From: Mustelus asterias
Lineage: Eukaryota
Length of the DNA stretch: 64,000 nucleotides
Direction of reading: 5' to 3'
Assembly (NCBI RefSeq): GCF_964213995.1
Contig: NW_027590119.1
Span: 186,001 to 250,000, forward strand
Under the pieces are notes generated by a model. That model had not been told where the DNA came from. It made no database searches and saw nothing but the letters and a program-made list of their open reading frames with translations. The translations under genes were made by a program, and so were the position numbers. Position 1 is the first letter of the stretch. Every line of letters begins with the position of its first letter. Below, piece by piece: positions 1-12,074 of this stretch.

Positions 1-58
1 AAGCGAACCCAGGTCCCTGGAGCTGTGAAGCAGCAGTGCTAACCACTGTGCTACCGTG
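1..58 (-). mobile_element. tRNA-derived SINE head (HE1-like), cut by the window edge
   Basis: Reverse complement of gcacggtagcacagtggttagcactgctgcttcacagctccagggacctgggttcg; same head as other copies in the window. Confidence 0.8.
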
Positions 59-86
59 CAGTACGCACATGGCATAGACCATTCCT

Positions 87-365
87 TTACAGGAATTCCT
101 GAAACACCTCACTTGTTAACAGAGTGTCGTTATCTGAAACAAGCCAATCTGGTAACCCAGGGCTTGTGAAAATTTGACAGAGCTTCTCTATTGTCTCAGG
201 AGCTGGAATATTACTCATGATCTGTGCTTCCAACCATTTTGAATGCACATTTACAACGACCAAACACATGTGCTTCATGAAAGGCTCCCCAAAGGCCACA
301 TTTAGTCTGGACCACGGCCTATCAGGCCACTCCCAAGGATGAAGTGGTAATGTACCCAGTGTGTT
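87..365 (-). mobile_element. Gypsy-type integrase fragment, inverted paralog of 55360-55635
   Basis: PLHPWEWP...LVVVNVHSKWLEA...LVSDND integrase-core motifs. Confidence 0.75.
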
Positions 366-1969
366 GTGCCTGATTCAATCGACAAACAGCTTATTGAGTT
401 AGGCCAGCGGGGAGAAGCCACAGGGGCTGACCATGTGCAACTCCACCCAACAAAGAATATCATCAATTCTTATCCAGTTACTCAGCCCATCCCGGCTGGA
501 CACAATCCAATCAGAATGGTGATAGATTACATACATTATAGGTTCAATAAAATTAGTATCTGGGCATTATGGGGCTTTGTGATCATCTCATGGACAGGTG
601 CCCTCATCATGATGCTTTCCAGACCCCCCTTGGGGGGGTCTTTCTTGGGCTTTCTTTGTACATAGACTCTCTTAGTTAGAAATGGGGCGGATTAAAAGTT
701 CTCAAATGGACGTCAGCACTCTTCCTTTGTTTTAATCTAATGACCACATGGTCTGGGAACATTTCTATTTAATACTCGCTCTTTTTAAACTCTTTTCTTC
801 AGTATCCAATTCCAGAATTTTCCTTTTCTTTGTGTTACTTGCATTAGGAATAAATCTTTGGACCTGACAGGAAGTTTAACCCAAGATCAATCCAACACAG
901 GATTGGTCAGAATCATTTCACACGTGTCAAATTTTAAATAACCATTACAAATTAAAACTCTCATTCTCACATGGGTGAATTGTATCCGGATTAAAATTCC
1001 CACATCTTTAGTAAAATATCCTGGAATCCTGTCTCTGGCCAGTAAATATGGCTCCAAGTTCATAACTTCTGAGCAAAAAAAGTTTTATTGATCACACTTC
1101 CTTTTTTAAAAATCTGTTCGATTTAAATCACAGACAGAAAACCTCAAAGTTTGAAGCGTTCAACCCACAAATATCATCCACACACAAACAGAGAAACATA
1201 GCATGTGCTTTACAACAACAATAACCAAAATTAATTACTTAAGCGTTCTTGTGATCCTGTTTTTAAACTTCCAAAAATGCCTTTAATTAAAGACTCAAGG
1301 TAAGGTTAATTCTCCAGAAAGATAAAACTTAACAAATGTAGCCCAAAACAATGATAAAACACATCTACAAACATCCACATAAAACAAACAAAACACACAG
1401 ATTCTCACAGCTCGTAAATTTCAGTCAATGAATCCTCAGCATTCTCTCTCGCAGCTATAGCTTCTTAAAGCGACAGAGCACTACAAGCTCACAACTCCTT
1501 GATTAAAATAAGATCCAAGATCCTTCATTATAACTTCACCTTTTTTAAGCCAACCTACAAGGACTGATTTTAGAGGCAACATCTTGTCTTTGGTGATTTA
1601 AAATCCCAAACACGTTACACCCAAACACCAGCAAAATCTTTGTTTTTTATCTGGGGATAAAACTCTCAGTTATTCCAAATTCCTCCAGGCTATGCTTAAT
1701 ATTTCCGCATTTAACTTATTCCCAGAAATCCTCCATTATAAACTAAAATAGACACATGAATTTCCGGGCAGTCACAGGAATATGGTCAAGATAGTCCAGT
1801 CCCACAATGCCTCACATTCAATCTGCAGTCCTTCAATTATAACAGAATATGTGGCTGTATATAGCTGCCATGGCCATGGTCAACCCAACCCCAAGGGTGC
1901 CTTCTTGAACTGCTGCAATGCCTAAGGTGTACGTACACCCACAGTGCTGTTAGGGAGGGACTTCCAGTT

Positions 1970-2597
1970 ACTGAGAGAGACAAGAGATGAAATTGCTGGG
2001 CCTCTAACAGAAATCTTTGTTTCTTCATTGGACACAGGTGAGGTCCCAGAGGATTGGAGAATAGCAAATGTGGTCCCGTTATTTAAGAAGGGTAGCAAGG
2101 ATAACCCTGGTAATTATAGGCCAGTGAGCTTGACGTCCGTGGTAGGGAAATTGTTGGAGAAGATTCTTAGAGATAGGATCTGTACACATTTAGAACTGAA
2201 TAATCTCATTAGCGATAGACAACATCGTTTTGTGCGAGGGAGGTCATGCCTCACAAATTTGGTTGAGTTTTTTGAGGAGGTGACAAAAATGACTGACGAG
2301 GGAAGGGCCGTGGATGTCGTCCACGTGGATTTTAGTAAAGCATTTGACAAGGTCCCTCATGGCAGGCTGGTGCAAAAGGTTAAATCTCACGGGAACTAGC
2401 GAGATGGGTACAGAACTGGCTTGGCCATAGAAGACAGAGGGTAGCAGTGGAGGGGTCTTTTTCTGATTGGAGCTCTGTGACTAGTGGTGTTCCGCAGGGC
2501 TCTGTACTGGGATCTCTGCTGTTTGTGATATATATAAATGATTTGGAAGAATATGTAGCTGGTCTGATTAGTAAGTTTGCGGATGACACAAAGATTG
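1970..2597 (+). mobile_element. CR1 LINE reverse transcriptase fragment
   Basis: [52 protein letters not shown]. Confidence 0.92.
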
Positions 2598-2789
2598 CTT
2601 GTTTTGGGTCAGAGATGCAAGGGGGGGAGTGGGAGGTGGGATGGAGTGGGAGTGGGGGGGAGATGTGAGGAAGAATATTCTGATGCAGCGAATGGTAATG
2701 ACCTGAAACTCGCTGTCTATGAGGGTGGAGGAAGTGGAGACAATAAACAATTAAAAAGGAAATTGGATGGGCATTTGGGATGTTCCAAA

Positions 2790-3920
2790 CAAAATGAAGA
2801 ACAAAGAAAATTACAGCACAGAAACAAGCTCTTTGGCCCTCCAAGCCTGTGGCAACCATTCTGCCCGTCTGAACTAAAACCCCCTCCCTTTCCGGGGACC
2901 ATATCCCTCTATTCCTATACTATTCATATATTTGTCAAGACACATCTTAAAAGTCACTATTGTATCTGCTTCCACTTCCTTCCCCGGCAACGAGTTCCAG
3001 GCACTCACCACTCTCCGTGTAAAAAACGTGCCTTGTACATCTCCTTTAAACCTCGCCCCTCGCACCTTAAACCTATGACCCTCGTAATTGACTCTTCCAC
3101 CCTGGGAAAAAGCCTCTGATTATCCACTCTGTCCATGCCCCTCATAATCTTGTAGACTTCTATCAGGTCGCCCCCCTCAATCTCCGTCGTTCCACTGAGA
3201 ACAAACCAAGTTTCTCCAACCTCTCCTCATAGCTAATGCCCTCCACACCAGGCAACATCCTGATTAATATTTTCCGTACCCTCTCCAAAGCCTCCACATC
3301 CTTCTGGTAGTGTGGTGACCAGAATTGAACACTAGATTCCAAGTGCGGTCTAACTAAGATTCTATAAAGCTGCAACATGACTTGCCAATTTTTAAACTCA
3401 ATGCCCCACCCAATGAAGGCGAGCGTGCCGTATGCCTTCTTGATTATCTTCTCCACCTGCATTGCCACTTTCAATGACCTGTGTACCTGTACACCCAGAT
3501 CCTTCTGCCTATGAATACTCCGAAGGGTTCTGCGATTTACTGTATATTTCCCATCTGTATTAGTTGGTCTAGTTGGGCACATGAGTGGCGCAGGCTTGGA
3601 GGGCCGAAGGGCTTGTTCCTGGGCTGTATTGTTCTTTGTATTAGACCTTCCAAAATGCATTACCTCACATTTTTCCGGATTAAACTTCATCTGCCATCTC
3701 TCTGCCCAAGTCTCCAACTGATCTATATCCTGCTGTATCCTCTGCCGGTCCCCATCGCTATCCGCAATTCCACCAACCTTTGTGTCGTCCACAAACTTAC
3801 CAATCAAACCAGTTACATTTTCCTCCAAATCATTTATATATATCACAAACAGCAAAAGTCCCAGCACTGATCCCTGAGGAATGTCACTTGTCACAGCCCT
3901 CCATTCAGAAATGTACCTTT
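2790..3920 (-). mobile_element. CR1 LINE 3' part, with a small opposite-strand CR1 tail inserted at ~3564-3636 (duplicated tgtattag)
   Basis: ORF 3163-3930 has PQGSVLG, FVDDTK, RPHLES..QFWSP; paralog at 48930-48945 lacks the small insert. Confidence 0.9.
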
Positions 3921-4181
3921 GCACTGCCAACCTCTGTTTTCTTCTGACTAAATATCTCTGAACGTCCTAACACCCTGTCACTCTGTGATCCTTGTGACAT
4001 TTGAAACCAGGTATTCGCAAAAAGACTCAAAGAGCATCAGCCCACTGGAGGCTGAGACCGGCCAGTCCAGCACAAAGAAACCCTCTGACCCTTCCCATTG
4101 ACCAACTGTGAGAATGAACAAAATGCAGTCCTGGATGTAATTGAGAGCAGAAACAATAACAGCAGAATCCAATCCCTGGAA

Positions 4182-4856
4182 TCACTCGTGAACTTGTTGG
4201 TGTCTCAGCAGCTGGGATGAAACTCTGAAACCCTTCCCACACTGAGAGCAGGTGAATGGCCTCTCCCCAGTGTGAACTCGCTGGTGTGTCTGCAGGCTGG
4301 ATAACTGAATGAATCCCTTCCCACACTGAGAGCAGGTGAACGGCCTCTCCCCAGTGTGAACTCGCTGGTGTCTCTGCAGGTCGGATAACTGAGTGAATCC
4401 CTTCCCACACTGAGAGCAGGTGAATGGTTTCTCCCCAGTGTGAACTTGCTGGTGTCTCCGCAGGTTAGATGAACAAGTGAATCCCTTCCCACACTGAGAG
4501 CAGGTGAATGGCCTCTCCCCAGTGTGAACTCGCTGGCGTGTCTGCAGGCTGGATAACTGAGTGAATCCCTTCCCATACTGAGAGCAGGTGAATGGTCTCT
4601 CCCCAGTGTGAACTCGCTGGTGTGTCTGCAGGTGGGATGACTGCGTGAATCCCTTCCCACATTGAGAGCAGGTGAATGGCCTCTCCCCACTGTGAACTCG
4701 CTCGTGTGTCTGCAAGCTGGATAAAGAAGTGAATCCCTTCTCACACTGAGAGCAGGTGAATAGTCTCTCCCCAGTGTGGCTGCGCCGATGAGCTGCCAGC
4801 AGAGATGGGGCTCTGTATCCCTTCCCACAGTCCGCACATTTCCATGGTTTCTCCAT
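4182..4856 (-). CDS. C2H2 zinc-finger protein A, 8 fingers (finger 4 defective)
   Basis: MEKPWKC start in accATGG context, 28-aa CxxC...HxxxH repeats with TGERPF linkers; finger 4 has C>Y and H>R. Confidence 0.85.
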   Translation of the reverse strand: MEKPWKCADCGKGYRAPSLLAAHRRSHTGERLFTCSQCEKGFTSLSSLQTHERVHSGERPFTCSQCGKGFTQSSHLQTHQRVHTGERPFTCSQYGKGFTQLSSLQTRQRVHTGERPFTCSQCGKGFTCSSNLRRHQQVHTGEKPFTCSQCGKGFTQLSDLQRHQRVHTGERPFTCSQCGKGFIQLSSLQTHQRVHTGERPFTCSQCGKGFRVSSQLLRHQQVHE

Positions 4857-5342
4857 GGTGCAGGTGTCCTTACCTCTCTCTTGGGTGGACAATTAGTTGA
4901 AGCTTCGTCCACACACAGAACAAGATTACAGTCTCTCCCCGCTGTGAATGGTGTGATATTTACTCAGACTGTGTAACTGGTTAAAGCTCTTTAGTCAGTG
5001 CATTGGAACACACTCACTCGAGTGTGGCAGAGTGTTGATGCTTTTTCACTCACACTGACATTTCAAATCTTTTCAAATCGACAGACTGGACAATCATTTC
5101 TCCTTCTGGATTCAAAGTCCGATGATATTGAGGTCCCAAGGAATATGATTCTGTCACGTCTAGACGTGACGTTTGAGATTTCAGCCTGTGATTCCTCTTT
5201 CAATATCCTGGAAAATAAGTTTCCAAAAGTCATCAGTGTCAGTACAGGATAGAAATTCAAAACAGACAATTTCTGTGAAACATTCTTTCCTCTCTCATTC
5301 CCCAAAAGCTGTAAATCTCCATCCCACACACTCTCTCCCCAT

Positions 5343-5530
5343 TCTCAGCAGGTTTGGCAGCATCTGTATGGAGAGAAAAGAACTGATGTTTCAGAGCTTT
5401 GACAAAGGGTCTCTAGACAAGAAACATCAGCTCTTTTCTCTCCTTACAGATGCTGCCAGACCTGCTGAGATTTTCCAGCATTTTCTCTCTTGGTTTCAGA
5501 TTCCAGCATCCGCAGTAATTTGCTTTTATA
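5343..5530. mobile_element. Inverted pair of Penelope-like element ends (family 2) with a decayed hammerhead motif
   Basis: Arms cagcaggtttggcagcatctgta..gagagaaaagaactgatgtttc / gaaacatcagctcttttctctc..tacagatgctgccagacctgctg; related pieces at ~17605-17680, 28395-28510, 58275-58360. Confidence 0.6.
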
Positions 5531-6180
5531 AGGCTGCAGATACCACCTCCCAAGTAACATGCGTGTGCCCAAGACATCACCACTTGTTTCCCTTATTTCC
5601 TTAGCACCCATGGTGCTCTCCGCAGTAAACACAGAGAAGTATTCATTACAAATCTTATCCATCTCCTGTGGCTCCACACACAGATGGCCACACTGATTTT
5701 TAAGGGGATCTATTCTCTCTCTGGCCACCCTTTTACTCTTAATATAGTGATAGAACCTCTTGGAATTTTCTTTAATCTTACCTGCCAGATCCATATCATA
5801 CCCTCTTTTTGTCCTTCTCATTTCCCTCTTCAGTATTTTCTTACACTTTTTCTAGTCAGAGTGATTCACTTGTCCCCGATTGCCTAAACCCAATGTATGC
5901 TTCCTTCTTTTACCTGACCAGAGCCTCAATGTCCCTTGTCTGCCAGAGATCCCTAAATTTACCATTCTTTCCCTGCATCTTAACAGGAATATACTGCCCC
6001 TGGACTCTTGATATCACACTTTTAAAACCTCCCATTTGCCAGTCATTCCTTTCCCTTCAAACAAACTCACGTAATCGACATCTGCTAGATCCTGCCTAAT
6101 GCCCACAAAAGTGGCCCTGCTCCAGTTTAGGCCCTTGACCTGTGGACCTGTCCTATTTTTTTCCAGAACTATTTTGAAAC
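5530..6180 (-). mobile_element. Degraded CR1 ORF2 fragment
   Basis: KIKENSKRFYHYIKSKRVARERIDPLK...NEYFS. Confidence 0.75.
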
Positions 6181-6249
6181 TATTGGTGCTCCCAATAGTG
6201 CTCCCTGACTGACACTTCAGTCACTTGCTCCACCTCATTTCTTAACTGT

Positions 6250-6725
6250 CTAATAGAAAGTGAGTCCAGGAATTGATGATGAAAAATAAGGAGCTGGGAG
6301 ATGAATTGAACAAGTATTTTGCCTCGGTGTTCACAATAGAGGATACAGTTAAAACTCAGAAACAGCTGGAAATCAGAAAACAGAAGTGTGGGATGAACTC
6401 TGAAAAAGGACAATTCCCAGGGAAGTGGTCCTCAGCAAACTGTTGGAGCTGTGGGCTGATGAGTCCTCGGGTCCTGCTGGGCTTCATTCTCGGGTCTTGA
6501 CAGAATGAGATAGCTGATGTGTTGTTCAATTTTCTATAATTCCTCATCGGGAATTGGATAAAGGGAAACCGGTGGATGCGTTGTACTTAGATTTCCAGAA
6601 GACATTTGATGAGGTGCCACATCAAAGGTTATTGCAGCAAATAAAATTCATGCTGCGGGGGGAACATATTGGCGTGGATAGAAGATTGGCTCACAGCAAA
6701 CAGTGGGCAGAAATGGATCATTTTC
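6250..6725 (+). mobile_element. Degraded CR1 ORF2 fragment
   Basis: ELNKYFASVFT and VDALYLDFQKTFDEVPH. Confidence 0.75.
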
Positions 6726-6734
6726 TGGTTGAAG

Positions 6735-7480
6735 AGAGAGAGAAACCTGGGCCAACCTTTCCAGAGTCTGCAGCCTCCCTGGATTCACTTCCTTTGCCTT
6801 CAGTTGCTGCAAGTCCCCAATTTCCCCCAGAATGAGAAAAGAAATGGAAAGGGGGAGAAAAGAAAGTGTTTTACTCACAGATGTTGGAGAGGGGAGGAAG
6901 TTTGAGTCTGTCTGAAAATCAATCATCATTCACACAAAGCCCGCGCTCTGATTGGCTGGAAGACCAGAGTCCTCCCAGTCCTTCAACTCTTCCCATTGGT
7001 CAACACCTCAGCATGAAGATCAGAGGGTGGGTTCTCCCCCGCACATGTGCAGCTTCCCCTCTCCCCCGCACATTTGCAGTCCCAGGCCGGAGGCGATGGG
7101 GGGGGGGGGGGGCGGGGTGCGATCACCGAGCGGCTTCTCGCTCTGGCCGGAGCCGGCAGCCAGTTGTCTGGAAACCGTGGCTGGAAGAGGTGTAGGGGGA
7201 GGGGAACAATGGGTGGGGGGCGGGGCTCCTGGGTCCGCGCGCCGGGCCTGCGCAATGGAACCCGGAGACGTCACCCGGAGCAGAGAGATTTCTATTGGCT
7301 GATTCAGGCAGGGCTCTATCGTGACGTCACAATGCAGAAGTTGTCCAATGAGCTTCAGAGTGAAACTTCCTCCTCTGGGCAACATCTGGGGGGAAATCAA
7401 TGTTTCCCCCTTTCCATTTCTTTCCTCATTCTGGGGGAAATTGGGGACTTGCAGCAACTGAAGGGAATGAAGTGAATTCG
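6735..7480. promoter_or_regulatory. Bidirectional CpG promoter and first-exon modules of pair A/B
   Basis: CpG-rich; CCAAT boxes (~6950, ~6995, ~7295), CRE gtgacgtcac 7321-7330, GC box; inverted ccaacatct|gtgagt modules on both sides (plus-side donor mutated). Confidence 0.65.
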
Positions 7481-8144
7481 GTCTGTATATTCCACACATT
7501 TTTACTCCAGTAATGTAGACATTTATCTGTCTGGCAGCCTGCATGGAAATTTCCAGCTCTCTCTGTGTCCAGGACAGGAAGCAGTGAGCATGGATCTGTC
7601 AATCAGCCTCAATCAGCACCTTCAGGAGAACTGGGATGGTGAATATTAGATACAGCAGAGTGAGAATGGAGGGAGAGTGTGTGGGATGGAGATTTACAGC
7701 TTTGAGGAATGAGAGAGAAAAGAATGTTCCATAGAAATTAGAATTGTCTGTTCTGAATTTCTATCCTGTACTGACACTGATGACTTTTGTAAATTCCTTT
7801 TGCAGGATATCAGAAAATTTAAAGACGAATATGAAACCAAACTTCACATCAAAATCTAACATAGTCACTCAGTTCATTGGGACCTGAATATCATCGACCT
7901 TTGAATCTAGAATGGAAATGTTTCTCTGCTCTGTCTGCTTCAGGAGATTTTAAACATCAGTGTGACTGGAAAAGCACCGAGACACACGCACACACACTGA
8001 AACGTGCACACACCTGAGTGACTGTGGAAAGAACTTTAACCAGTTAAACAGCCTGAAAATACATTGCAGCAGAGAGACCGCACCCATGTTATGTTGTAAC
8101 TGAACTGATTGTCAAGCCTGGAGAGTCGCAAGGACACCTGCACC

Positions 8145-8818
<674 letters not shown>

Positions 8819-8834
8819 TTGCAGGGGTTGGATT

Positions 8835-8956
8835 CTTTCTCTCTCAATCTTTCTCTCTTTCTCTTCCCCCCCCCTGCTCTTTCCCACCCCCCCGCCCCCA
8901 CTCTTCCCCCCCCTGCTCTTCCCCCCCCCCCCGCCCCCCTGCTCTTTCCCCCCACC
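8835..8956. repeat. CT-rich plus C-run low-complexity repeat
   Basis: tctctctcaatctttctctc then (c)n-tgctctt units; resembles the reverse complement of 35400-35870. Confidence 0.85.
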
Positions 8957-9186
8957 TGCAGGGTGGATGAATCTCTGACTCCCTTCCCACACTGTGAGCA
9001 GGTGACTAGCCTCTCCTCAGTGTGAATTCGCTGGTGTCTCAGCAGATTCGATGAATGATTGGTTCCCTTCCCACAAGTGGAGCATATGAACGGTCTCTCC
9101 CCGGTGTGACTGCGTCGATGAGATTCCACCCCAGATGGGGCTCTGAACCCCTTCCCACAGTCTCCACATTTCCATGGTTTCTCCAT
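8957..9186 (-). pseudogene. 3'-truncated C2H2 ZNF C, ~2.5 fingers
   Basis: [10 protein letters not shown]...; third finger breaks off into the low-complexity repeat. Confidence 0.8.
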
Positions 9187-9434
9187 GGTGTCGGAGTCCT
9201 TGTGTCTCTCCACAATCAGTGCACTGGAACACTCTGATACGGGTGTGAGAATCTCAGTGCTTTTCCAGTCAAAACCTCTCCTTCCAATATCCACTGAAAG
9301 CAGTTTACAAAAATCATCATTGTCAGCACATGATAGAAATTCAAAACAGACAATTGTAGTTTCGATGGAACATTCTTTAAATCTCCACCCACGCCCCTCA
9401 CACATACACTCTCTCTCTCATTCCATTTAGCATT

Positions 9435-9700
9435 CTGCAGCATGGTGACACAGTGGTTAGCACTGCTGCCTCACAGTGCCAGGGACCCGGGTTCGATTTC
9501 CGGCTTGGGTCACTGTCTGTGTGGAGTTTGCACGTTCTCCCCGTGTCTGCATGAGTTTCCTCCCTCATTCTGAAAGACGTGCTGGTTCGGTGCATCGACC
9601 CGAACAGGTGCCGGAGTGTGACAACTAGGGGAATTTCACACTAACTTCATTGCAGTGTTAATATAAGCCTTACTTGTGACTATTAAATAAACCTTAAACT
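9435..9700 (+). mobile_element. tRNA-derived SINE
   Basis: A/B-box-like head cagtggttagcact...gggttcgatttcc. Confidence 0.8.
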
Positions 9701-9954
9701 TTAATATACACTACCCAATTCTCCTGAAGGTGCTAATTAATGCTGATCGACACTCACCATTTCATGTTCCTGACAGATCGTAAGAAATAGTTAGAAATTC
9801 AGCCCACCAAGCTGTTCAATTGAATTCTTTTTATTCATTTATGGGACATGGGTTGCTGGCTGGCCAGCATTTATTACCCATCCCTCGTTGCCATTGGAGG
9901 GCAGTTGAGAGTCAACCACATTGTTGTGGCTTTGGAGTCACATGTTGGCCAGGC

Positions 9955-10745
9955 CAAGTGTGAGGTATTGCACTTTGGAAGGACAAACCAAGGTAGAACA
10001 TACAAGGTAAATGGTCGGCACTGAAGAGTGCAGTAGAACAGAGGGATCTGGGAATACAGATACATAATTTCCTAAAAGTGGCGTCACAGGTAGATAGGGT
10101 CATAAAGAGTGCTTTTGGTACATTGGCCTTTATAAATCAAAGTATCGAGTATGAGAGTTGGAGTGTTATGGTGAGGTTGTATAAGACATTGGTGAGGCCG
10201 AATTTAGAGTATTGTGTGCAGTTTTGGTCACCTAATTACAGGAAGGATATTAATAAAGTTGAAAGAGTGCAGAGAAGGTTTACAAGGATGTTGCCGGGAC
10301 TTGAGAAACTGAGTTACAGAGAAAAGTTGAATAGGTTAGGACTTTATTCCCTGGAGCGTAGAAGAATGAGAGGAGATTTGATAGAGGTGTATAAGATTTT
10401 GATGGGTATAGATAGAGTGAATGCAAGCAGGCTTTTTCCAGTGAGGCCAGGGGAGAAAAAAACCAGAGGGCATGGGTTAAGGGCGAAAGGAGAAAAGTTT
10501 AAAGGGAATATTAGGGGGGGGCTTCTTCACGCAGAGAGTGATGGGAGTCTGGAATGAGCTGCCGGATAAAGTGGTGAATGCTTTTAACATTTAAGAAAAA
10601 CTTGGACGGGTTCATGGATGAGAGGGGTGTGGAGGGATATGGTCCAAGTGCAGGTCAGTGGGACGAGGCAAAAAAATGGTTCAGCACAGCCAAGAAGGGC
10701 CAAAAGGCCTGTTTCGGTGCTTTAATGTTCTATGGTTCTATGGTC
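9955..10745 (+). mobile_element. CR1 LINE 3' end with ttctatg-type tail
   Basis: VRPNLEYCVQFWSP...RRRMRGDLIEVYK; tail gttctatggttctatgg. Confidence 0.92.
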
Positions 10746-10914
10746 TGAAAACATGTACCAAACGACTCAAGAACAACTTCTTCCGACTGTCATGTTTGAA
10801 TGGTCCTATCATATATTAAGCTGATCCTTCTCTTCACCCTACCTGTACCCGCACCCTATCCTTTCCTTCTCCCCATGTACTCCATGAAAGGTATGCTTTG
10901 TCCTAACTGTATGC

Positions 10915-11218
10915 TAACTGTCCTGGCTGGAGACAATACACATCTCTTTAACCTGTGCTTAACCCTTTCTCCACTCACATTATCTGTACCTTTAAAGACT
11001 TGATTACCTGTAAAGACTCGCATTCCAACCATTATTTTGTAAATTGAGTTTGTGTCTTTATATGCCCTGTTTGTGAACAGAACTCCCACTTACGTGATGA
11101 AGGAGCAGTGCTCCAAAACCTAGTGGCTTGTGCTACCAAATAAACCTGTTGGACTTTAACCTGGTGTTGTGAGACTTCTTACTGTGTTTACCCCAGTCCA
11201 ACACCGGCATCTCCACAT
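10915..11218 (+). mobile_element. Penelope-like element fragment (family 1) with a mutated hammerhead motif at ~11085-11127
   Basis: Homologous to 52500-52805; gtgatgaaggagcagtgctccaaaacctagtgg. Confidence 0.75.
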
Positions 11219-11339
11219 TTTGGAAATATATCGCCGTTCCTTCGCAGTCGCTGGGTCAAAATGCTGGAATTTCCTCCCTACCAGCAGGGTGGATGTACCT
11301 GCACAACATGGACTGCAGGGGGTTCAGGTCCCATACATC

Positions 11340-11930
11340 ACAAAGGTAGACACTCCTGCGCCCCCTACAAACATGGCGATCGCACCTGCACCCTGCTGCA
11401 CATTGCCCCTCACAAAGATGCCGGCCGCACATGCGCACTGATAGACATTGCCACCGACAGATTGACGGCCGTCAGCCCAGGCCCAACACGACAAGTTGCG
11501 CCTCCAATTTGGTACCAACAGGGCGCCCGGAAAGTTTGAGTTTGGGTTTGAGTTTGAACAACATGTTTACGAAGCCTCTCCACCCACCCGCCACATTCAC
11601 CTCTCTCTACGCGCCGCCCTTTACCTTGAACTGATCTCGGATTCGAGTTAAAACCGTCCGTCAGCCGCCATTAACCGCCCTGCGCATGCTTCAGACCCCT
11701 CCCCCTATTCACGCTGGTTGGAGGACCAACCGCTCCCGCTCGGTCCTCCAGCGCCGCCCCCTTTTTCTATTGGTCCGGAGCTGCCGTCAATCAGTCCTCG
11801 GGCATTGTGACGTTGAGCATGCGCAGTGCGGCTCATGTCCAGGGACAGGTCCTTGTTTGTCTGATCTTTAGGCGGGAAGGAGGCGGATAAGCGGAGGCAG
11901 CGTTAGGAGCAGTGGGTGGGAGGGGAGGCT
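11340..11930. promoter_or_regulatory. CpG-island promoter between ZNF C (-) and ZNF D (+)
   Basis: CpG-rich, tgcgcatg NRF1-like motifs, attgg box; 11460-11830 is an inverted homolog of 44860-45300. Confidence 0.6.
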
Positions 11931-12074
11931 CCACACACCCAGTGGAGGCTTCAACACCCCCAATAAGGAACTAGCGGCACCGCCTCAACACCCAACACAA
12001 CGGCAGCTGCAGCGCTTTCTCCCGGGGCCAGGCCCCAGTGGACAAATGTGGCTTCAGGAAGGAAATGCAGCAAT

